DNA of 64,000 bases from a phage: the sequence record PZ154897.1. One strand, 5' to 3'. The notes beneath the pieces are model-generated. The model was not told where the DNA came from. It saw nothing but the letters and a program-made list of their open reading frames with translations, and made no database searches. Shown piece after piece: positions 28,786 through 38,311 of this stretch; positions within the stretch are counted from its first letter, which is position 1; each line of letters starts with the position of its first letter. The position numbers and the translations under genes are program-made.

Positions 28786-28973
28786 TATTCTTCTACATGC
28801 TGTTTACGACCTTTCTTATCAATAAAGGTATATTCAACGAATGTTCCAATATAGTCTTTATCTACATCATGAGGACTATTAATTGGGCATTTAGTACGGC
28901 AAATGCGTTCCCATTGACGAATAATTTCTGCTTTGTTTTTAGGATCAAACGGATGCGGGTAATGTACTTTCAT
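28761..28973 (-). CDS. Hypothetical protein, 70 aa
   Basis: ORF track. Confidence 0.4.
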   Translation of the reverse strand: MKVHYPHPFDPKNKAEIIRQWERICRTKCPINSPHDVDKDYIGTFVEYTFIDKKGRKQHVEEYCLKVTWL

Positions 28974-29424
28974 AATCCACCACTATTAAATCAATATCAG
29001 GAGTAAACATGTCGATTAATTTAGAAACCTTATCCCAATCACCGCCAGCAATACCACAACCTATGCGTGGAATGTAAATTACTGGTTTAAACAAAAGGGT
29101 CTCTGCCTGTAGATTTAATTCTATCATGCAGTTTACTAAAGCACCATAATCAAGATTAGGACCCGGTTCGTATTGCGTATACAGGTTATAGCATATACCA
29201 AATCCCGTAGGACTATGTTTAAAAACAATAGACATATCGCCTAATTTATCACGAGAACCGTACTCGGTAGTGGTTTTATCTATTTCTAAAATTTTGGGAT
29301 AGGCCCTCGCTAATTGACCCGCTACACCTGAACCCATAGTATGAAAGCAGTTGCACCCGTGCGCAATAATATTACCTTGAAGAAATAGGGCGACAATATC
29401 GCCCTTGATATATTTTACAATCAT
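28945..29424 (-). CDS. Macro-domain-like protein (putative ADP-ribose binding or hydrolase)
   Basis: 159 aa; GDIVALFLQGNIIAHGCNCFHTMGSGVAGQLA and IPRIGCGIAGGDWDKV resemble macrodomain glycine-rich motifs; not verified by search. Confidence 0.45.
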   Translation of the reverse strand: MIVKYIKGDIVALFLQGNIIAHGCNCFHTMGSGVAGQLARAYPKILEIDKTTTEYGSRDKLGDMSIVFKHSPTGFGICYNLYTQYEPGPNLDYGALVNCMIELNLQAETLLFKPVIYIPRIGCGIAGGDWDKVSKLIDMFTPDIDLIVVDYESTLPASV

Positions 29425-29762
29425 CTAGTACTCAATCCTCGATTATAAGAATCTACCAAACGGTCAACCATTGAATGACAAGCGGCTTTATCTTTCTCCT
29501 CCGCAACTGAACATTCTAAGGTATTCCACTTTTTAGCATATCGTTTTAATAAAGTATCGTTCTTGTATCTGCTTGATTTATCTCTTTCTCCGTCTTTATA
29601 TGCATATATTAATTTCTGCGCAAATTCAGCTTGGCATGCTTTATTTTTCCCGCAATAATCCGCGGCAGTACGGTTTACATACTCTCTAATTTCAGTATAT
29701 GATGTATTTGCTAACGCAGAAAATGAAATTAATCCTATACATAAAACCAAAATTTTAGTCAT
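29421..29762 (-). CDS. Secreted or periplasmic protein with signal peptide, 113 aa
   Basis: N-terminal MTKILVLCIGLISFSALA; four cysteines in the mature part. Confidence 0.5.
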   Translation of the reverse strand: MTKILVLCIGLISFSALANTSYTEIREYVNRTAADYCGKNKACQAEFAQKLIYAYKDGERDKSSRYKNDTLLKRYAKKWNTLECSVAEEKDKAACHSMVDRLVDSYNRGLSTR

Positions 29763-30300
29763 TTACTATTTCCAAAAGTTTATTATTTTTAAGGTAGTTA
29801 GCCTTTTCTAGGACTTCAGAAGCATATTTAGAACCTGCTTTAACATTCCATCCCGAATTATAAGAGGATATAGCCTTTCTTATATCGCCCTTATGTATAT
29901 TTAACCAATAAGAAAGTTCAATGTACGCCCAGGAAGCTGAATTGGACCGTTTATTCAACATTCTTTTTATTTCAGCATCGGTCATATTATAACCAAGTTC
30001 CTTAACTCTTGCTCGCATTGTCGGCAAATAATTTTGGAACATTCCATAGGCATGATGCTTTGGTTTAGATTTTAAATTAACTCCGGCAGAGCTTTCTTGC
30101 CATAAAATAGCAGCCATTATATGACCTAATCCACCCTTGTGGATATTTTTATGTGTTTTATATTTTCCATCCTTAGAAAATTGTTCCCCGAATTGATACG
30201 CGTAACGCATGTTATCGAGTTGGACATTACTGAAAGTATGCTCGGAGCTATGTGCCATCATTGAAATGGCCAATAGACCAGCGAGTAGTGCTTTTCTCAT
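29755..30300 (-). CDS. Secreted lytic-transglycosylase-like protein (SLT-domain motifs)
   Basis: 181 aa; signal peptide MRKALLAGLLAISMMAHS; motifs WQESSAG, GMFQ, YNSG. Confidence 0.5.
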   Translation of the reverse strand: MRKALLAGLLAISMMAHSSEHTFSNVQLDNMRYAYQFGEQFSKDGKYKTHKNIHKGGLGHIMAAILWQESSAGVNLKSKPKHHAYGMFQNYLPTMRARVKELGYNMTDAEIKRMLNKRSNSASWAYIELSYWLNIHKGDIRKAISSYNSGWNVKAGSKYASEVLEKANYLKNNKLLEIVND

Positions 30301-30307
30301 GCTTACC

Positions 30308-30769
30308 TCATTGAGTTTTAATTACTGCTTTAGAAGCCTTTCCTGGTAAACGACGACTGTTGATAATTGCCATCCTACATTGAAGTGACGGGTCTTTGAA
30401 CTTCGCATTAGGTTTACAAACTGTAAATCCAAGCCAAAGATTTCCATCAGTGATTTCTAAACGCCCAGGACGATATTCAACCCCATCAATAAAATCCTCG
30501 TCAATGTCAGGACGCGGAGGCATACTCAGGAATTCATTAACTTCTAAAACATGGTCTTTTATTTTATGGAATAATTCAAAAACATATGTCTCATCAATCT
30601 CCCGTTGAATTGCACGATCAAGAAGATGTTGAGAATATTTTAGATGAAACGATGAGACCCCTGCTGCTTTTGATGCCTCACGAATCTCATTGTTAATTTG
30701 ACGAAACTCCGACTCAAAGTGACGACGAAGCTTATTTCGACGGATAAAAACTTCTGTATTGATAGTCAT
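30308..30769 (-). CDS. regB: Sequence-specific endoribonuclease RegB
   Basis: 153 aa, MTINTEVFIRRNKLRRHFESEFRQ; length, position and early promoter consistent with T4 regB. Confidence 0.7.
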   Translation of the reverse strand: MTINTEVFIRRNKLRRHFESEFRQINNEIREASKAAGVSSFHLKYSQHLLDRAIQREIDETYVFELFHKIKDHVLEVNEFLSMPPRPDIDEDFIDGVEYRPGRLEITDGNLWLGFTVCKPNAKFKDPSLQCRMAIINSRRLPGKASKAVIKTQ

Positions 30770-30796
30770 GTTATTCTCCTCTTAACTGATAGAAAA

Positions 30797-30826
30797 ATTA
30801 TACCACAGTCAAGAGGAAAAGTAAAC
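30797..30826 (-). promoter_or_regulatory. T4-type early promoter upstream of regB (-35 GTTTAC, -10 TATAAT)
   Basis: gtaaac at 30821-30826; attata at 30797-30802. Confidence 0.55.
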
Positions 30827-30829
30827 AAG

Positions 30830-31108
30830 TTATTCTTTAAATCTAATCAATTTATTCATAGACTTTGAAACTTCTGCACGAACCTCATGTAGGTTTTTAA
30901 GCTGTTCAAGACGCTGCTCATAGTAAGCAATTTCATCTTCTTCGAGACAGTCCTGTGAATCTTCTTTAAGATAACGCGCATAGTCCTGGAAAGCTTTACG
31001 GACTACTTCCTGGAAGTCATCAAGACTTTGAATTTTCTTAGGAGCAACAGATACACGACGAGGGGCAGTATAATACTCATAACCAAACCCTGCGCTTAAT
31101 TGAGCCAT
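30830..31108 (-). CDS. Hypothetical protein, about 92 aa
   Basis: ORF track 30830..31150 trimmed to internal Met [13 protein letters not shown]. Confidence 0.4.
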   Translation of the reverse strand: MAQLSAGFGYEYYTAPRRVSVAPKKIQSLDDFQEVVRKAFQDYARYLKEDSQDCLEEDEIAYYEQRLEQLKNLHEVRAEVSKSMNKLIRFKE

Positions 31109-31374
31109 TAATATTTTTCCTCTGGTTGGAACACAGCACGACAAGCCCACATACTGGCTTCTTTGAGTTTCGTTTTAGCAATAGTTAACTGATCAAGACT
31201 TTCAGCATAATTCTTTGCGAATTCGCAGTCTTCACAATTATCTAATGCTTCCCAGAATTCATCGTATAAAGCATCAAAGATAAGTCCTAAACGAACTTCA
31301 GCGTCTTTGATAGCATTCACTTTACTGATTTTATCGTCAGTATGTGGCTTATAACCTTTAATATCTTCAATCAT
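31108..31374 (-). CDS. Hypothetical acidic protein, about 88 aa
   Basis: ORF track 31108..31410 trimmed to internal Met. Confidence 0.4.
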   Translation of the reverse strand: MIEDIKGYKPHTDDKISKVNAIKDAEVRLGLIFDALYDEFWEALDNCEDCEFAKNYAESLDQLTIAKTKLKEASMWACRAVFQPEEKY

Positions 31375-31588
31375 ATTTGACTTCCTCACCAGTGCATAAA
31401 TCATATTCAACTAAACGAATAGGTTCATGAATGCCATATCCCTGAACAGAAATTTCTGTCGTAGGATAAATTCCACTAATATCACCCATATTCCACGCTT
31501 CATTAAATTGCTGTTCGCCTGAATTACTAAACCATTCGGCGAAAGCATTTAGCACATCTTTAGAACCTTCAATAATTATCTTTGCCAT
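31367..31588 (-). CDS. Hypothetical protein, 73 aa
   Basis: ORF track. Confidence 0.4.
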   Translation of the reverse strand: MAKIIIEGSKDVLNAFAEWFSNSGEQQFNEAWNMGDISGIYPTTEISVQGYGIHEPIRLVEYDLCTGEEVKYD

Positions 31589-31962
31589 TACAGACTCTCG
31601 GTAAAGGTACGAGCGATAACGTCGCGCTGCTGTTCCGGAGTCAGAGAGTTAAAGCGAACTGCATAACCGGATACACGGATGGTCAGCTGCGGATATTTTT
31701 CCGGATGCTTAACTGCATCTTCCAGAGTTTCACGACGCAGAACGTTAACGTTCAGGTGTTGACCACCTTCAATTTTAACTGTAGGTTGTGTTTCAATTTC
31801 AATTTCACGGGCATGCAAACCATAGAAAATTTCTGGGTCTACAAAAGAGTCCTCTTTAAAGGTTTTAGAGACAATAATTCGTGCTTGAATACCGTCTTCA
31901 AAATAAATAGTACCTTTATGCGTGCCTTCAAGAATTTGATATGCTTTCATATAACCTCTCAA
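31588..31962 (-). CDS. grcA: Autonomous glycyl-radical cofactor (GrcA/YfiD-like)
   Basis: 124 aa; C-terminal half [63 protein letters not shown] carries the RVSGYAV glycyl-radical motif; this half is noticeably GC-richer than the surrounding phage DNA. Confidence 0.85.
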   Translation of the reverse strand: MRGYMKAYQILEGTHKGTIYFEDGIQARIIVSKTFKEDSFVDPEIFYGLHAREIEIETQPTVKIEGGQHLNVNVLRRETLEDAVKHPEKYPQLTIRVSGYAVRFNSLTPEQQRDVIARTFTESL

Positions 31963-32288
31963 TTAGAAAATAAATTTATCCAAGATTGCTCTTTAATTAA
32001 AAATGGCTCAGAATCATATGCCATTAAACTTTGGGTAATTAGTCCTTTAAAAGGCCCATCAATAAATTCCATGGTAAAATATGGAATTTTATTCATTAAT
32101 CTTGCATTAGGAGCAGTGCACAAAACTCTGCATCCTTTGAATACGCCTTTTTGTAATTTGTATTGCTTAGGATAAAATTCGCTCAAGACGTTGTTATTTG
32201 CCAAAATTTCAAAATGATTCACCAATTTATTTTTAATAGTTTTTGGCGAAAAATAAAGATATTCGAAAAGTTGCGTGTCTGTCATCAT
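31959..32288 (-). CDS. Hypothetical protein, about 109 aa
   Basis: ORF track 31959..32339 trimmed to internal Met, giving a 4-nt overlap with upstream gene. Confidence 0.4.
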   Translation of the reverse strand: MMTDTQLFEYLYFSPKTIKNKLVNHFEILANNNVLSEFYPKQYKLQKGVFKGCRVLCTAPNARLMNKIPYFTMEFIDGPFKGLITQSLMAYDSEPFLIKEQSWINLFSN

Positions 32289-32872
32289 TGCATTCCAATC
32301 ACAAAAAATTGAGGACGAGTAATACCACCAATGCAACATTTACTATTGCAGCAGTACTGTACAGTGTCAATATGAGCATCATAAATCTTATCCATATCAG
32401 GAGATTTGACAGGCTCATCAATTATATATAAAATTCGCGAAAGAGATAAACCTCTGAACTTGCTTCCTTTATTACCAATAAAACTACACACAGAATCAGT
32501 AAATAAACGAAAACGTATATCATCATTAGAATAACGCGAAAATTCCTTTTTGATGTTATCTGCAGAAATTTTAGCATAAGCTGAACTATTAGAAAGAACA
32601 ATAACTGTTCCACCGTCATACAACCAATTAGCGGCAAAATTAGTTACTGCAATTGATTTACCGGATTGACGTCCACCATCTAGTCGAAGTGTGCAATACT
32701 GCTTAAGTAAGTCTTCAAATGGCAGGATATATTCGTTTTTACAAATTTCTTCTACTCTAGCATCAGAATGGTGTGTAAAAGCATTCATCAGGGATAGATA
32801 AGGACCAGTTAAAAATGTTCTCATTTTGTTATCTCTAAATTTGGGCCATTCCGTGGCGCATGAATTGTCCAT
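32285..32872 (-). CDS. P-loop-containing protein (Walker A GGRQSGKS), 195 aa
   Basis: ORF track; Walker A-like motif. Confidence 0.5.
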   Translation of the reverse strand: MDNSCATEWPKFRDNKMRTFLTGPYLSLMNAFTHHSDARVEEICKNEYILPFEDLLKQYCTLRLDGGRQSGKSIAVTNFAANWLYDGGTVIVLSNSSAYAKISADNIKKEFSRYSNDDIRFRLFTDSVCSFIGNKGSKFRGLSLSRILYIIDEPVKSPDMDKIYDAHIDTVQYCCNSKCCIGGITRPQFFVIGMQ

Positions 32873-32969
32873 TTCTGTATTTACCCATTACCGCACTTGG
32901 GCTCGACCTTATTACAGGTTGGCGGGAATCCCTCATAGAATCATGAGGTCCAGGTTATTCCCATGTTAT

Positions 32970-33386
32970 TTAAATGTAAATATTTTTGCCGTAATACTTG
33001 TACCAGTGTGGCTTCATTAAAATTTTTTCATCGAGTCGTTGTTGACTCAACCTAATAGCTGATTTGCATGGATTATAATCATTTTTCCATTCTACTGGAA
33101 TATCACTGATGTCAGGAACTTCAGTATCTTTTATACTAAACCCGCGTTTTAAGCATTCCGTTATAATGTCTGATTGACGCTTTCGCAAAAATTCTAACTT
33201 ATCGTAAAAGAACGTAACATGACCAGAACCTAAAATAAACTCGGAAGATATTTTAAAATCTTTAACTCGTTTACCATTTGCCACGTGTTTACGAATTATA
33301 CCAAAAACACGTGGCAATTCACGGTATTCTGCGATTAAATGCTGATCAGCAAGTTCAGATACTAAAGTCAAATTAATACGAGTCAT
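32970..33386 (-). CDS. denV: Endonuclease V (pyrimidine-dimer DNA glycosylase)
   Basis: 138 aa; [29 protein letters not shown], recognised as T4 endonuclease V. Confidence 0.9.
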   Translation of the reverse strand: MTRINLTLVSELADQHLIAEYRELPRVFGIIRKHVANGKRVKDFKISSEFILGSGHVTFFYDKLEFLRKRQSDIITECLKRGFSIKDTEVPDISDIPVEWKNDYNPCKSAIRLSQQRLDEKILMKPHWYKYYGKNIYI

Positions 33387-33410
33387 TTTATCCCTCCAAG
33401 TAACTGTGAA

Positions 33411-33442
33411 TATACTATCACAGTTACTTGGAGAAAGTAAAC
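33411..33442 (-). promoter_or_regulatory. T4-type early promoter upstream of denV
   Basis: gtaaac at 33437-33442; tatactatcaca at 33411-33422. Confidence 0.5.
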
Positions 33443-33446
33443 AACT

Positions 33447-33977
<531 letters not shown>

Positions 33978-34433
33978 TTAAAAGAGGCTGTTCATTATTC
34001 GGTAAAGTGAAGGACCCATCACATATTGCCACTGAGTACGAGGAATAAGAGCAAAAGCATCCATCTCTGGAATCATAACACCATCTTTATTTTCAAAATA
34101 AGACTCGCAATGGCAATTTCTAAACATCTCATGCTCTACTGGAATCGTATAATAAAATAACTGTAAGTCTTTATTACTAGAATATTTAAATACACCTAGG
34201 TCTTCTAGAAGGTCTGGATTATAATTATTAAAACCAGTCTCTTCTAAGCATTCTCTTCGTGCTGCATCTAGCGCGCTTAAATCAGAATTTTCTACACGGC
34301 CCTTTGGGATATCCCAGCGATGTGCCATCATTCCAGGCTTACGAGAACCAGTAACCCGACCCATAAATAAATCTTTATCTTCTGTCATAAAGATAATACC
34401 AGCTGATAATGTTTTCATTTTAATTTCCTGCAT
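33978..34433 (-). CDS. nudE: Nudix hydrolase NudE (e.1)
   Basis: 151 aa; Nudix box GRVENSDLSALDAARRECLEETG. Confidence 0.85.
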   Translation of the reverse strand: MQEIKMKTLSAGIIFMTEDKDLFMGRVTGSRKPGMMAHRWDIPKGRVENSDLSALDAARRECLEETGFNNYNPDLLEDLGVFKYSSNKDLQLFYYTIPVEHEMFRNCHCESYFENKDGVMIPEMDAFALIPRTQWQYVMGPSLYRIMNSLF

Positions 34434-34903
34434 TCAGTGATAAAGTTATTTAAATTTTGAGTATATTTCTTTTCATCAAAAATCTTTTGTTGTCTGCGTA
34501 GCCGCCATGGCATTTCAATGAACGTGTACCATATCCCAGATAATATTGCTGCTGTAAAAATATTAACAAGTATGGTTAAAAGAATCCAATCTCCTATTCT
34601 GTCCATTGGATTTTTTATAAAAAAGTAAAATACGAATGATGTCACAGGAAGACTAATAATATACCACAGAATCATAATTTTATCTGTGAACCAATCAGCG
34701 TTCGTTAATTTAGCGCGACCATTATGAATACATACGAATTTATCATCTGTTGCAGTAGATGGCTTAACTGGTTGATATCCCATTCTAAACTCCCTAATCA
34801 GCAAATTTTTCATATCTTCGGAACAGCCATTCCAGTCAACTCTATCAACTGGAATGCCATCATCCCCATCATCTAAATCATACCAGCGAGTTTTTAAAAT
34901 CAT
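34415..34903 (-). CDS. Membrane protein, 162 aa
   Basis: Two hydrophobic helices; C-terminus NFITECRKLK overlaps the SD and start of nudE. Confidence 0.5.
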   Translation of the reverse strand: MILKTRWYDLDDGDDGIPVDRVDWNGCSEDMKNLLIREFRMGYQPVKPSTATDDKFVCIHNGRAKLTNADWFTDKIMILWYIISLPVTSFVFYFFIKNPMDRIGDWILLTILVNIFTAAILSGIWYTFIEMPWRLRRQQKIFDEKKYTQNLNNFITECRKLK

Positions 34904-35265
34904 CTGATTTTCCTACAATCACTCACAAACTCTTTCATTGATTCATTTTCAATATAAGACATGTAGCTATTATATTCTTTTAATTGTATTTTGTAATCCT
35001 TTTTTCTTTGCCAATTTATTTTAAAATTATCATAATGAAAATATAGAATGATACAAAAGAATGAAAATAATGAAATAATTTTAGTATAGCGAAGTTCACT
35101 CCAAACTTCTATTATATTTACTGTGCCATCGATGTTTAAAATAAAACAGTCGTCAATTAACAATCCAAAAAGACTACCCGCAAGAGCTGCAGCCAACGCC
35201 ACAGCAAAAATTAAAAATGACTCAGGAAGCGAATATTTGACTTTATTTAGTTTTGGCTTTTGCAT
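34900..35265 (-). CDS. Membrane protein, 121 aa
   Basis: Two hydrophobic helices; C-terminus EFVSDCRKIR; ATGA overlap with downstream gene. Confidence 0.5.
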   Translation of the reverse strand: MQKPKLNKVKYSLPESFLIFAVALAAALAGSLFGLLIDDCFILNIDGTVNIIEVWSELRYTKIISLFSFFCIILYFHYDNFKINWQRKKDYKIQLKEYNSYMSYIENESMKEFVSDCRKIR

Positions 35266-35639
35266 CGTGATTCCTTAACAAATTTCATAATTTCATCAAA
35301 TTCATACGCAGCAAGTTTAAGCTGATATTCCTTTTTAATCTTTTTACACTGTGCTTTCCAATCACGTACGCGTTTACGATAATGCCTTCCTTGATACCAG
35401 TATCCTACCCAATTTACAGGTACTAATAAAAATGGAACTATTAATGGAAGAATTAGCATTAATACAAGTATTTCGCCAGAATCAATATCAGTCATAACAT
35501 CTAAAACACCTCCAATAATCAATAGAATTACAAATGATATGAGTATAACAGGACCTATTAATACATCAGTAGAAATTAGCTGACGCTTTGGTTCATACTT
35601 CACAGGTTTACTTGGAAGGTATAGTGATGGCTTTGACAT
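35247..35639 (-). CDS. Membrane protein, about 130 aa
   Basis: ORF track 35247..35660 trimmed to ATG 35639 (MSKPSLYL); C-terminus KFVKESRCKSQN. Confidence 0.5.
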   Translation of the reverse strand: MSKPSLYLPSKPVKYEPKRQLISTDVLIGPVILISFVILLIIGGVLDVMTDIDSGEILVLMLILPLIVPFLLVPVNWVGYWYQGRHYRKRVRDWKAQCKKIKKEYQLKLAAYEFDEIMKFVKESRCKSQN

Positions 35640-36216
35640 ATTCTCTACATTCCTTAACAAATTTTTCTAATAATAAATCGCTTTCAAAATTAGGATTTTC
35701 CACGAATTTATCAAAAAGATCATCAACAATAGTTAAGATATTCTTTTTACTAAGAATACGTTTATTTTCATGCTTTGTTTCAGAATCAACTATAAGAGTA
35801 AAGAAATATTTCTTTCCCTGAAATTTTACCGTAGTATCAATATAGAACAAATTTGACTTTTGTAAATTACGTTTAAACCATGCGTCACTTAAACTATAAA
35901 CGCCAAGATAATCATAATCGTCATTTAAATAACAAACCGTCCATTCAGGAGAAATGAAATCAGTAAATTCAACATCAAAATCACACGTCAATGAATGAAT
36001 TGATTCAATACTTTTAATGAGTATTCCAGGACGTATTAAAGACTTTTTACCTCTAGAAAATCTTCCAGAAAGACTTTCATCAGTTTCATATGAAGACCCC
36101 CAATAGTAATTACGTCCTTCTGCCATACGTTTAAGAGCATTTAGTAATTGGTCTGGAACATCAACCTGTCTTTGGAACTCTTCAAACATTGAATTGAAAT
36201 CACTTTGCATTTTCAT
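35608..36216 (-). CDS. Hypothetical soluble protein, 202 aa
   Basis: ORF track; C-terminus EKFVKECREYVK shares the junction motif with the three downstream membrane proteins. Confidence 0.5.
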   Translation of the reverse strand: MKMQSDFNSMFEEFQRQVDVPDQLLNALKRMAEGRNYYWGSSYETDESLSGRFSRGKKSLIRPGILIKSIESIHSLTCDFDVEFTDFISPEWTVCYLNDDYDYLGVYSLSDAWFKRNLQKSNLFYIDTTVKFQGKKYFFTLIVDSETKHENKRILSKKNILTIVDDLFDKFVENPNFESDLLLEKFVKECREYVKAITIPSK

Positions 36217-36224
36217 TCCTATTT

Positions 36225-36252
36225 ACTCCAAGTAATAGGGGCCGAAGCCCCT
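36225..36252 (-). terminator. Hairpin (AGGGGC-UUCG-GCCCCU) after ORF 36258..36851; weak U tract
   Basis: Inverted repeat 36237-36252. Confidence 0.35.
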
Positions 36253-36257
36253 TATCA

Positions 36258-36851
36258 TTATTTCAGAGAATTAATGTATTCCTGAACATCGGCAGAGGTA
36301 GTTTCAACCCCGGAAATATTACCGTTAAAGGTTTCAACTCGAGCAAGAGTATCTTCAATATCAACCTTAGTTAGCGCTGCGATTTCAACTACATCATCGG
36401 CAGTACTAATTCCAAGGGCATTTGCTGCACGAGTTTCACGGATATATTCCAATTTAACTGCAAGTTCTTGACGAGCATCATCTAATTCAACTACTTTCTT
36501 GGCGATTTCAATTCGCATTTCAGCATAACCATCAGCTTTAGTAGTCAACTGCTCAGCTGTTCGACGATATAGTAAACCGAGCTTAGCATGCATTGTTACA
36601 TCTTGACCTTCGGAAAGAAGTTTGCGAATTTCACGCTCTTTTGATTCGGCTTGTCGATTCTTTTCGATAACAAGTTCACGAATACGTTTTTCTTCATTAA
36701 TAGATTTAACAGAAGCAGTTTTTAGATCTTTAATTTTATCAAGCAGTTTTGCTGCTGCAGCAGTATACTGTTCTTCAACAGATAGATTTTTAGCCATAGC
36801 AGAACCAAGTTTAGTGCGAATAAACTCAACAATTTTCTTCAGTGTGTTCAT
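36258..36851 (-). CDS. Coiled-coil protein, 197 aa, possibly PspA/IM30-like
   Basis: Long heptad-rich charged helices ([45 protein letters not shown]); family assignment unverified. Confidence 0.45.
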   Translation of the reverse strand: MNTLKKIVEFIRTKLGSAMAKNLSVEEQYTAAAAKLLDKIKDLKTASVKSINEEKRIRELVIEKNRQAESKEREIRKLLSEGQDVTMHAKLGLLYRRTAEQLTTKADGYAEMRIEIAKKVVELDDARQELAVKLEYIRETRAANALGISTADDVVEIAALTKVDIEDTLARVETFNGNISGVETTSADVQEYINSLK

Positions 36852-36908
36852 AGTATTTCCTTAGATTGATACAATTAGATAATATCACGTTTTTAATAGA
36901 TTGTAAAC

Positions 36909-37244
36909 TTATTCTTCGTCTAGCTCGTCGATAAAGACGTTGATGGACTCGACAATGGCATCGTTAATAGCCAGTAAAATAAAATCGTCGTCAGTACCTT
37001 TATAAGATTCTGAAGCATTGATATATGCTTGATTGGCGAGTTCCCAAGCCTTTTTAAAATAAGGAGCTTCATCATCAGGACAAATATCCCGCACACCTTC
37101 AAAGATACGATTGGCATAATCTAACACCCATTGTACAGGTATGTTTTGAGAACGTTCATTAAACTCTTTAAAGTCCTTAGATTCAAAAAGCTCTTCAGGG
37201 TAATCATTTCTATTGCAAAAATCTTTGCTAAAGTTACGTTTCAT
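36909..37244 (-). CDS. Hypothetical acidic protein, 111 aa
   Basis: ORF track. Confidence 0.45.
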   Translation of the reverse strand: MKRNFSKDFCNRNDYPEELFESKDFKEFNERSQNIPVQWVLDYANRIFEGVRDICPDDEAPYFKKAWELANQAYINASESYKGTDDDFILLAINDAIVESINVFIDELDEE

Positions 37245-37299
37245 AATATTTTCCTCAAATTATAGGCTCATAATATCTCAATCATGAGCCTATGTAAAC

Positions 37300-37563
37300 T
37301 TATTTCATATTATTAAAATATTCTTCTGCGATTTCGTCGTTATCATGGTAAACTTTAGAAGACAGTTTAACATAACCTTCAGCAGTGAACATGTTAATCA
37401 CAACCTTTACAGTATACCACTGACCGTCTTCATTACCCATTACTGCGTAAGTTTCAAACATCGGATGGTCAGGACCGATAACTTTAATATCATTCACTGT
37501 ACGACCGAAATCTTCTGAAACACATTTCATAAAGAAGTTGAACAGTTCGCCGTAATTATCCAT
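37300..37563 (-). CDS. Hypothetical protein, about 87 aa
   Basis: ORF track 37300..37575 (TTG) trimmed to ATG 37563 with SD GGAG. Confidence 0.45.
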   Translation of the reverse strand: MDNYGELFNFFMKCVSEDFGRTVNDIKVIGPDHPMFETYAVMGNEDGQWYTVKVVINMFTAEGYVKLSSKVYHDNDEIAEEYFNNMK

Positions 37564-37604
37564 TTCATTCTCCAAGTTATTTTCTGTATCAGTAGTTGAT
37601 AGTT

Positions 37605-37636
37605 GTATAGTACCATGGAAAAACGGGGATGTAAAC
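37605..37636 (-). promoter_or_regulatory. T4-type early promoter with conserved leader cassette
   Basis: gtaaac at 37631-37636, 17-bp spacer, gtatagtacca at 37605-37615. Confidence 0.5.
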
Positions 37637-37765
37637 AGTTTTGTGAAAAATTTTTTTAAAAAGTTTTAGGGAATTCTAGGGTGGGAAGGGGCAATTAAAG
37701 GATAGGATAATATATTATAAAGGGTAGAAACTAAATGATGCCTAGAGAGGTCCAGAAAGGTCTAG

Positions 37766-37800
37766 ATACCAAAAAGCCCCAACCTTTCGGTCGGGGCTAA
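37766..37800. repeat. 35-bp perfect direct repeat (copy 1) carrying a terminator hairpin
   Basis: ataccaaaaagccccaacctttcggtcggggctaa; identical to 38309-38343. Confidence 0.8.
37769..37798 (-). terminator. Intrinsic terminator (GCCCCGACC-GAAA-GGUUGGGGC then U5)
   Basis: Hairpin 37776-37797, plus-strand A5 at 37771-37775; perfect 35-bp copy at 38309-38343. Confidence 0.6.
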
Positions 37801-37805
37801 GAATG

Positions 37806-38264
37806 TTATTTGATTTGTTTAGCAGACCAAATGCGGTCTTTAATAATTTTTTGGATGTCTTCAACATACTCTAGGTCATGAGCATGTGGATTATCTTTAA
37901 AACTATAAGCTCGCGCAAGTTTCTGGCCTTCGGTCTTAATTACCAAAAGTTCTTTAAGAATTGCTTCATACCTAGAAATAATTCCTTTAGCAATATTTTT
38001 TTCTTGTGCTGCTTTAGGGTCAGCCTTAGGAGCAGGTTTACCAGAAGGTTTTTCGAAAGCCGCACCAGTAGCAACCAGGCTTTTCCAGGCGGTGGTAACA
38101 TAGTTACCCACAAAGCCTTCAGCTCTCATATCGTCGTAGAACTTGTACCGAGATTCGTCAGAAGCATCTTTATAAGAATATTTACCAGCTTTAATAGCAG
38201 CAGTTGCTACAGCGCGAACATCTGAAGCGGATGCTTCATTTAAAAATTGAGCATATGATTTCAT
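37806..38264 (-). CDS. Internal-protein-like capsid-targeted protein (CTS MKSYAQFLNE with L-N-E protease site)
   Basis: 152 aa, Ala/Lys-rich; N-terminus resembles the T4 internal-protein targeting sequence MKTYQEFIAE; late promoter TATAAATA just upstream. Confidence 0.5.
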   Translation of the reverse strand: MKSYAQFLNEASASDVRAVATAAIKAGKYSYKDASDESRYKFYDDMRAEGFVGNYVTTAWKSLVATGAAFEKPSGKPAPKADPKAAQEKNIAKGIISRYEAILKELLVIKTEGQKLARAYSFKDNPHAHDLEYVEDIQKIIKDRIWSAKQIK

Positions 38265-38303
38265 CTTATTTCCTGTTTTAATTCGTGATTTAATATACTA
38301 CTA

Positions 38304-38311
38304 TATTTATA
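38304..38311 (-). promoter_or_regulatory. Late promoter box TATAAATA
   Basis: Plus-strand tatttata at 38304-38311, 40 nt upstream of the ATG at 38264. Confidence 0.5.

Noticed and set aside
31582-32175. 197-aa plus-strand ORF
   Set aside because: It is antisense to the well-supported GrcA-like gene and the ORF upstream of it on the minus strand, lies in the GC-rich stretch where spurious antisense ORFs are common, and has no SD.
37878-38225. 115-aa plus-strand ORF
   Set aside because: Antisense to the capsid-targeting-sequence gene 37806..38264; low-complexity translation; no promoter or SD context.
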